Part shown: in pieces, positions 24,501 through 29,642 of the stretch
How the letters are laid out: each line of letters starts with the position of its first letter
How positions within the stretch are numbered: the first letter of the stretch is position 1
Virus record (IMG/VR): IMGVR_UViG_3300027734_000237
Span: 1-29,642 of that record
Direction: 5' to 3' (one strand)
DNA from: a virus
Taxonomy: Duplodnaviria > Caudoviricetes
DNA: 29,642 nucleotides
The notes under the pieces: generated by a model
What the model was told of the DNA's origin: nothing
What the model saw: only the letters and a program-made list of their open reading frames with translations
The model's database searches: none
Translations under genes and position numbers: made by a program

Positions 24501-27025
24501 TGCTGTTGAGTTAACTCTTGCAGTTGCTTCTCGTCCATGTCGGCCAAGATGCCTTCTTCAGCCGCCTGACGGGTGGGGTAGGTAGCCCTAGCCTGACCCT
24601 GATCAAACACTGTGTAGCCCTTACGGCCAACGGCTTTAGTGCCTGTAGGCTTGACCTCTAGCGGTGTAGCCTTAGGATCGTACTTGGCGATCTCTTCAGT
24701 CAGGGTTGCAATTTTTGCTTGAGTCTCTTCGACCAACTTGGCATGGCGACCGGCAGCTTTCTCGTACTGGGTCGTCTGGCCTTTGCCCTGAGCCTCTAAT
24801 GTGTTTAAACGCTTCTGGCTGGCTTCAATGGCGTTGTTCAACTGCGTGATTTGGTTCTCACGAGCGTTAGCCATACCGGCACGAGTACGCTCAAAGCTTG
24901 CCTTCTTGGCGTTGGCTTCTTCGACTGTGTTGGCTTTAAACAGGACTTCTTCCCCGGCGGAAACTTCGTAACCTGCTGGAGCCTCACCCTCTTTAAACGA
25001 GCCTTCCCGGATGTCAAATCCTTCGGGCAACGTGGCGGAGGTGGACGGAGCGGCAATCGCATCCGTTGTAATCTGTCTTACGTTTAAACCACGCTTCTTT
25101 GCTGCCGCGTCAGCAGCGGTTTTAGATGCGTAGGTAGACGGCAAAGCCTTGCCGGTCTTGGGATCAAAGACTTCATAGCGGGCAGACTTAATAAGGTCTA
25201 CATCACCATTCTTAATCGCTGCATCAAGGATAGCGCCAGCATGTGAGTCTTCAGTAAGGTTTGTATATTCCTTAATGGTGTCGATCACTTGCTTGGTATC
25301 AGCAGGCGCACCTAAATCATTGAGGAACATGTCCACACCCTTGAGGGCACGAGCATATTGTTTGTCGTCAAACCGTCGGGCGTTTGTGCCTTCGGGTAGG
25401 ATGTTTAAATCTGTAGCTTCTGGCAGGTTAGCCAGTGCTTTAAACGCAGCGTGCAACTGCGGCTGGGACATCTTCTCTAGTGCGTTTACACCAGTTGTCC
25501 GGGCCAAGAAATCGTTGAAGCCCTGAGTCTTAGTCTCAACCTTCTTACGCTTGGCTTGGTTCAGAATGTCTTCTGCGGTGTATTTCTCACCGGCATAGCC
25601 AGACTTGGCGGTAATGAGTTCGTCCAGCAAAGCCTGCTCGGCCTTAGGGTTAACCCCCGGCATAGCATCCACAAAGTCCTCAATCGAGTACTCCTTGAGC
25701 TTGGGAAGGCCAGCCTCCTTGCGGTAGTCATCGATCTGCTTGTAGATGTCAAAGGGAACTTCGTTCTTACGGATGTTGCCTAGAGGGTTCTTGAGCGGGT
25801 CAATTTGTACTTCTTCAGCGGGGATTTCCTCAGCCGGTGCAGGAAGAGCAATAGCTTGCTGTTGCTCCATCTGTTGACGGATACCTTCTGTTTGTTTTTC
25901 CAAAACAGCACGTTCTGCCACTGCCTTGTCATTAGCAGCTTTAAGTTCTTGGTCAAATTGAGCTTGCTTCTTTGCTTGGTCATCGGCTTTAGCTTGTTGA
26001 TGCGAACGTTGCAGATTAGACATCTGCGCGGGAGAGACAGCAAGACCTAGGACTGCACCGACCAAAGCATCATGGGCAACTGTACCGGCCAAACCTTCTG
26101 TCAAATCTGTAGCCACGCCAGCTTGATTCAAAGCGACGTTAGTGCCCACTTGACCCACACCGGCCTGCACAGCTTCAGGCGCAGCTTCGCCCAGCACAGA
26201 TGTGCCGACAGCTTGTTTAAACGTTGGAGCATCCAGCGATGCCACGCCGTTAGCTTTGCTGACCTTCTTAGCCGCATTAGCCAAAGCCTGTTCAACACCG
26301 AATGCGCCTTCCAGTGCACCAGCCGCACCAGCGGCAAGTTGTCGTGGAGCGTTCTGCAATGAGTACGCAGCAGCCTCTTGGGCCTTCTGCTCGGCAATCA
26401 TTGGGTCTACGCCTTGGGCTAACAAGGCCTGTTTAACCGCCTCGTAGTCTTGTCCCTTTTGACCGCCAACGCCCATCAAGCCACCAATACCTGTGGCTCC
26501 ACGTGCGCCTGCTAATGCCCTAGCGCCAAGGCTTGCGCCTGCGGCTACCTGACCACCGGGCAATAAGCCACCGGCAATAATAGGAACGCTAGAAGCCAGT
26601 GCCTGCAAACCTGTCTGTAATGGAGCCTCTAAGAAACCACCCACACCAGTGGAAATCTCTTTACCTAAGTCACCTTTGGCGCGATCTTGAAGCTCTTGCC
26701 GACGGGCAATTTCTTCTTTACGGGCGGGGGACAGTGCCTCAAACGCAGATTGCTGTACGCCACCTAAATATTGAGAGGCTGCATTATCTGTACCAAACAG
26801 GTTAGTAAGAGATTGAATACCTCCCACTAAACCCTGTCCAGTAGCAAGGCCAACGTCCTTTAAAGTACTGGGTGCGCTTTTGGCAGACTCCAGTTCTTTT
26901 GTGGTCTGCCCTGCGTATGGGTAATTCTGTAATACCAGACCATACACCTGATCGTCAGTCGCACCTTCCGGGGCGTTTACACGATACTTATTCCCATCCG
27001 GAGCGGTGTACTGATAAATTGCCAT
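18557..27025 (-). CDS. Large polyvalent internal virion (ejection) protein, 2822 aa
   Basis: Ala/Gly-rich N-terminus, zincin motif HESIH, ART-like YHGT..IFVT..GHDG module, ParB/Srx-like HEGRHR module, LPD38-like C-terminus (NFNRKG..IPFLNARMQG..KIPIPFEIG). Confidence 0.85.
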   Translation of the reverse strand: MAIYQYTAPDGNKYRVNAPEGATDDQVYGLVLQNYPYAGQTTKELESAKSAPSTLKDVGLATGQGLVGGIQSLTNLFGTDNAASQYLGGVQQSAFEALSPARKEEIARRQELQDRAKGDLGKEISTGVGGFLEAPLQTGLQALASSVPIIAGGLLPGGQVAAGASLGARALAGARGATGIGGLMGVGGQKGQDYEAVKQALLAQGVDPMIAEQKAQEAAAYSLQNAPRQLAAGAAGALEGAFGVEQALANAAKKVSKANGVASLDAPTFKQAVGTSVLGEAAPEAVQAGVGQVGTNVALNQAGVATDLTEGLAGTVAHDALVGAVLGLAVSPAQMSNLQRSHQQAKADDQAKKQAQFDQELKAANDKAVAERAVLEKQTEGIRQQMEQQQAIALPAPAEEIPAEEVQIDPLKNPLGNIRKNEVPFDIYKQIDDYRKEAGLPKLKEYSIEDFVDAMPGVNPKAEQALLDELITAKSGYAGEKYTAEDILNQAKRKKVETKTQGFNDFLARTTGVNALEKMSQPQLHAAFKALANLPEATDLNILPEGTNARRFDDKQYARALKGVDMFLNDLGAPADTKQVIDTIKEYTNLTEDSHAGAILDAAIKNGDVDLIKSARYEVFDPKTGKALPSTYASKTAADAAAKKRGLNVRQITTDAIAAPSTSATLPEGFDIREGSFKEGEAPAGYEVSAGEEVLFKANTVEEANAKKASFERTRAGMANARENQITQLNNAIEASQKRLNTLEAQGKGQTTQYEKAAGRHAKLVEETQAKIATLTEEIAKYDPKATPLEVKPTGTKAVGRKGYTVFDQGQARATYPTRQAAEEGILADMDEKQLQELTQQQGRRAIGKKAEAEIKRRTAAPQTEGKKVSEVLEGIEAEKAKAEEAKQTPGAKERIAQFEALLKPMLKQFGLGDVGLNIIENLKSEGSYSKKLIQIALDLSNPAKILRHESIHALKELGFFTPQQWTALERMAKDQWIDKYLKSRNASYNGQTMSRYDAYVKEYKGDIDKVIEEAIADAFADFANNKPPAGMLAALMKRLNDFFTALRNALAGAGFRTYEDVFGQIERGELKAGTATEGGERKSLSGEGVPFSTRGIMERKTGTAQQELGLNTEAVRNRFNNVRDIAKALNQYTLDQFGAMDRNNLTPQQSTQIAQAIADEVAYQLGTTAKTGTGLGWYSNNYPNAVSRLAERFPELEKNKHARSVFSALVAVTSNGEKVTKNIDNAIKLYADLRMGKPLVAMGNRRATALENNLVMIQELLDTHGDDFEKVLLQEITVKEMNARLRERGEESDGSYLANTVVPAAAVYFGPKLGAFYANLSGSEGYLTMDLWWTRSINRMRGLLMPKATEASIEKFRDMMEQPGASRDEVVAATIPLRNKYEEYGWNSELEHLVGAKEPAKKAEKAAWFKKAEKVAAEAYDQLLFEHNMEKMANTIYKNEFEMLEEAPFTATDRKFMYDAGRKAQQMLRDEGIDLTLADIQAALWYYEKRLYEKLSGRKADDIGYEEAIIAQAREGDGRARPSVVFSEGSDGGIRPQGKSQSPDATGGQLEEDERLSLRAAPDTPEFKQWFGNSVVVNSDDTPKVMYHGTARDITTFKPKQANAIFVTDNPSFAEGFSDAGMNYISREYWNTLDIDEQNKMVLDAIKVARKAKDIGASTAQLLKSRIDPNYGFAWSSIPSAVADYVIKAVHDRLPTGPNVMPVYVSAQDPFDYKDSAQVADLYRQMQKSYNFSDDPDILYQIKRGEWETIESQVVQDAIKKLGHDGFYVNEGGTRNLAVYDPSQIKSATGNIGTFDKSNPDIRYSLRDATDRFDPAEIEKASEQGYKSKNKLVNMDIADFLKLAKFGFNKEKEILAQKREQEGLKFTSIPYLYMSKDGNNLRVTGHEGRHRARALQAAGYTTMPVEWRTEIRWSEQTDPEKFDYSESWPERIVAEEGALREYASIPMPFTREEGAQDYAGPQKQERLSLRDSTDPAIRGRVDETTTSREETGFVERITKALGGESFSKLRAQALNRYQRLADYDKELAKTMGGAAFMADASAESAALMSDLAAGVTASAMGVHDRNGGIPVYKNGFTTVFNDDGKIKGPVAIFAPLAKYNDPFVYQLYQFWAGAQRGSRLLADGKEELFTQADLDLAKKLCDPANPAASQYPEFKEIQEDWNTFNNGLVQFLVDTGVLSEAQKEAFTKHSDYIPFYRQMDGDSTIGPNIFQSISGVKAPKKIKGGEAPLADFLETIVRNTQSSIQMGMKNVAAQRAVDVAVKINQAERMPKAGAGLDVVQVLENGNMVSYRVHDPLFIDAVKSLNMPDLPFIGLLSGPANLLRNLVTKDPGFMMANMVRDSMAAYVTSGIKMTPVIDTIKNFKSAMAGTSPEFQALLNAGLLGGYEFSQNVEVSAQAFENELKKKAGGKSTLERLANPMTAPKSLWELLEKGTTASDAATRIEVYKRTLAETGNEAEALFRALEVMNFNRKGSSPVVRILTAAIPFLNARMQGLDVLYRASFGKLGHKDAAAIQRSFFVRGMTMAALSAMYWALTHDDDEYKKQEQETKDNNWLVPSLGVKIPIPFEIGVIFKVIPERTMAYFFGDDTGKDFMKSMARQLSSTLAVNPIPQAALPLVEATTNYSFFTQRAIVGQGMEGIAPEYQVGPNTSAIAAQIGSALGISPMKLDHIIGGYTGTMGMYMVSALDSIMNMNSDTPNASKRFEQMPLIKRFALDPEARGTVTSYYELKNAADQAVRTSNLLERTMNFEEKGEFMRDNIKLLASKEFILDMEKTMKEFRQMQVMIRSSRMDADAKRDALLRINQAQNALTANINTLKANVS

Positions 27026-27028
27026 TTT

Positions 27029-28642
27029 TTATCCAAGTCGTTCAACTGTACCTTTGATGGGCATAGTGGGTGTAGTTTGCCCCGATGGCCCAGCACCGAA
27101 TCTAGCACGAATTCGGTTGTAAGCGTCTTCATTTTCTTTCAACATTTTTTGTCTTTCCTCAGGTGTCTTAGCCATGTAAGGAATAGTCTTTGGATCATGT
27201 GGACGCTCTTCTTGATATGCCTTTTCAATATTGCCTTTCATACGCGCATCTGCGGTTTCATACTGAGCACCACTGATCAGGCTAGGAGCACGCTCCAACG
27301 ATTCCTTGACGGACATGCCTTGACCTTGCAAGTATTTGGCAATCTGAATAACTTGAGGATCACGGTTGGCACTGGCCGCACTAATGTTATGGCCACGAGC
27401 TTGTTCAGCCAACTTAGCCATATCCAGTTTGTTAGAAAACTCAGTTTGTTGAAGATCACGACCAATTTTCTCAGCGTCTTGTTTGTGTTTAAACGCAGCT
27501 TCAAAATCACCACGCGCCTCAGCACGACGGGCAGCGTCAAGTTCAGCACGCATTTTAGCCATGCCCATTTCTTGATCACGACGCATTTTGGCTTGTGCAT
27601 CTGCACGATCAAACGCAGCCGCTTCAGAAGCGCCAGCCGACTTACCAAAGCCACCTAGCAAAGCACCAATGCCTTTTTGGCCACGAGTGGCTTCGCCTGC
27701 ATCAATCAATGATTTCCAGAAGTCAGCACGTGTACGGCCTTTTTCTTGGGTAATGAAACGAGCGCGGTCAGCTTCGTCTTGTTGGGCAATCTTGTCCAGT
27801 AACTTTTGAAACTCGCTGCCAGCCAATCCGGGGTTAGCTGCTTTAAACGCAGCCAATTTCTTGTCGTAAGCATCTGCATCTGGCCGCTCAAACGTAGGAG
27901 CCTTAGGCATACCGATGGCCGCAGGGATTCCGCTACCACCGGCTGGTGCAGGGGCTGGAGGAGCTTGCATAAAGTCGCTTCTGCGAGTGGCTGTAGCGGG
28001 ATCGTATGCAATTCCTTGTTGTTCTCTTGGGGCCTCTGGTTTAGGAGGATTTTTTAAGGCGGCTGCTTCGCGTTCGCCACGCTCAAGAGCGCGACGGTTT
28101 TCTGGATTAAAAATACCCAGTTTTTCCATCAGCGTGCGATCATCGTTAGAAGGTTCATCTGAACTAATTACCGCTCCCGTCATGGGATCACGCACTACAT
28201 TGCCTTCAGCAAACGCTACTACGCCACCACCAGAGGCAAATTTAAACATGTCGTTGGTTGGTAGGGAGGTCAAACCACCCGCAGCCATCTGCGGCATCTC
28301 TGGCATCTCTTCCTCTGGCTGTGGGGGTTGAGGTGTACCTTCAGGCACTGGCTGGGGTTGACCCATCAGGCTCTGTTGAAGCTGTTCATTAGACTGCGCT
28401 TGTTTAGCCGCACCGGCTTGCATCAAGTCAGCGGCCTGTCCGGTGATCTCTTTCTCAAGCTTGTCTTTAACTGTGCCATCAGGAGGTGTTCCTGTACGTG
28501 CAGACTGCTCCATTTGCTTGCGACGATTCAACTCGCCCAAAGCTAAATAGGGAGGAACCTGAGGGTTCTTCCCGTTAGCGTATTCCATGATTGCCCTCAT
28601 AGGCATATCCTTGAGGTGCTCTTGTACTTGGATCAGATTCAT
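27029..28642 (-). CDS. Putative internal virion protein
   Basis: 537 aa, helical and Ala/Gln-rich, with MAAGG and FASGGGVVAFAEG motifs. Directly upstream of the giant gene. Confidence 0.7.
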   Translation of the reverse strand: MNLIQVQEHLKDMPMRAIMEYANGKNPQVPPYLALGELNRRKQMEQSARTGTPPDGTVKDKLEKEITGQAADLMQAGAAKQAQSNEQLQQSLMGQPQPVPEGTPQPPQPEEEMPEMPQMAAGGLTSLPTNDMFKFASGGGVVAFAEGNVVRDPMTGAVISSDEPSNDDRTLMEKLGIFNPENRRALERGEREAAALKNPPKPEAPREQQGIAYDPATATRRSDFMQAPPAPAPAGGSGIPAAIGMPKAPTFERPDADAYDKKLAAFKAANPGLAGSEFQKLLDKIAQQDEADRARFITQEKGRTRADFWKSLIDAGEATRGQKGIGALLGGFGKSAGASEAAAFDRADAQAKMRRDQEMGMAKMRAELDAARRAEARGDFEAAFKHKQDAEKIGRDLQQTEFSNKLDMAKLAEQARGHNISAASANRDPQVIQIAKYLQGQGMSVKESLERAPSLISGAQYETADARMKGNIEKAYQEERPHDPKTIPYMAKTPEERQKMLKENEDAYNRIRARFGAGPSGQTTPTMPIKGTVERLG

Positions 28643-28651
28643 AGCGAACCC

Positions 28652-29563
28652 TTAGGTCAATTTAAACTTGTTCAATGAGTCCATGATAGAACCCATACCG
28701 CCGATTGAAGACACCAAAGAGCCAAGGCCAGATTGCTGGGCGGCTGTGTTGGTGACCGTAGAGATAGGCAGACCTTGAAGCATAGACTGCAAGTACTGCG
28801 TCTTCTTCATTGGATCATCACGTTGTGCGAGGAATTCGTTGTAGTCTGCGCTGATACCTTGCTGTTCAATACCACGCTGTTGACCACCGGCCTCAGACAT
28901 CATGTCAGCCAAAGTCTTAGCTTGACCCTGCTCAGTGTTAAATTGACCCATGGCCTTGTCGTACGCATTTGCGTACCCTTGGCCGATAGTCTTGTTCTGC
29001 TCTTGAAGTAGGTTGCGGTTAGCCTCAGACTCCATAATGGCCTGACGGCCGCCACCATAACCACCGGCTTGGGTTAACTTGGCCATGCTTGGTTGGAGAT
29101 TGATCTCGGACTGACGGCGCATTTCTGCCAACTGAGGTTGGAGGACTGAATCCAAGTATGGATTCATGTACTGAGCCGCTACGCCAGTAGGTTGACCGGA
29201 AGGAGGCTGACCTCCCATAGGTGCACCCATACCGCCCATAGGAGGAGCGCCTGCGCCTGTGCCAACGGCTCCGGGGCTATAAACACCGGGGGTCATTGGA
29301 GGAGGCTGATACGCACCTGTAGAGCTAAATGATTGACCAAGTTGGCCGGGGAAGGACAGATTGCCCAAGCCTTGGAAGACCTTGGACTGTAAGCCTGACT
29401 CACCCGCAGTCTGTGGGCCACCGTACACAGCATAAGGCTGATCGGCAATCGCTTGGGCTTTGCCAAGCATATCCGTTACATACGGGCCTGCCCATTCAGA
29501 TAGGGTGGAGGAGGATGTTCCTCCAGATTGGGGGGTTAGTCCTGCAATAGGTGATGTAGCCAT
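28652..29563 (-). CDS. Putative internal virion/pilot protein
   Basis: Gly/Gln-rich. YMNPYL...GGYGGGRQAIMESE pattern seen in podophage ejection proteins. Confidence 0.7.
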   Translation of the reverse strand: MATSPIAGLTPQSGGTSSSTLSEWAGPYVTDMLGKAQAIADQPYAVYGGPQTAGESGLQSKVFQGLGNLSFPGQLGQSFSSTGAYQPPPMTPGVYSPGAVGTGAGAPPMGGMGAPMGGQPPSGQPTGVAAQYMNPYLDSVLQPQLAEMRRQSEINLQPSMAKLTQAGGYGGGRQAIMESEANRNLLQEQNKTIGQGYANAYDKAMGQFNTEQGQAKTLADMMSEAGGQQRGIEQQGISADYNEFLAQRDDPMKKTQYLQSMLQGLPISTVTNTAAQQSGLGSLVSSIGGMGSIMDSLNKFKLT

Positions 29564-29572
29564 GTTTAAACC

Positions 29573-29642
29573 TTACGCTGGTAAATGTTTGTCAGCCTTG
29601 GTGTTGGCTGCAACGTTCTTCAAAGTCTTGCCACGAGCTTTC
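29573..29642 (-). CDS. C-terminal end of an upstream virion-associated gene (partial)
   Basis: ...KARGKTLKNVAANTKADKHLPA-stop, ending 9 nt before the next ATG. Confidence 0.55.
   Translation of the reverse strand, partial: KARGKTLKNVAANTKADKHLPA

Larger units (their letters stand above)
580..29571. repeat. Dispersed, highly iterated palindrome GTTTAAAC (40 copies)
   Basis: Manual count; positions are listed in the findings. Confidence 0.95.

Noticed and set aside
2576-27731. CACGTG enrichment
   Set aside because: Roughly a dozen copies seen against about 7 expected; not convincing without a formal test.
19305-29550. Numerous + strand and alternate-frame ORFs over the virion genes
   Set aside because: Shadow ORFs of long minus-strand genes with no independent signals.
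580-29571. GTTTAAAC as PmeI cloning scars, CRISPR repeats or assembly artefact
   Set aside because: Spacing is irregular, ORFs read through the sites in frame with sensible protein motifs, and one-off variants are also common.

Overview
A 29.6-kb segment of a tailed dsDNA phage (Caudoviricetes, podovirus-like; a betaproteobacterial host is only inferred). No capsid, portal, integrase, tRNA or CRISPR was seen. From left to right it holds: (1) a leftward packaging block with the large terminase N-terminus, a LexA-type DNA-binding-domain-only gene and the small terminase; (2) a divergent control region with four DnaA boxes; (3) a rightward early block with small ORFs, a degenerate SprT-like protein, a MoxR/CobS-like AAA+ ATPase and a CobT-like partner split into two genes; (4) a leftward T7-gp4/Twinkle-type primase-helicase operon with a ~500-nt structured non-coding leader; (5) RusA; (6) a rightward recombination block with a PD-(D/E)XK nuclease, a Sak-like annealase, an SSB-like protein and many small ORFs; (7) leftward internal virion genes, including a 2822-aa polyvalent protein. 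The strongest unexplained signals are the palindrome GTTTAAAC (40 copies by manual count versus ~0.5 expected), a twice-repeated covarying pseudoknot-like element that links a stop codon to the next RBS and brackets early genes, and several structured-RNA candidates. All family calls come from motif recognition, not database searches.
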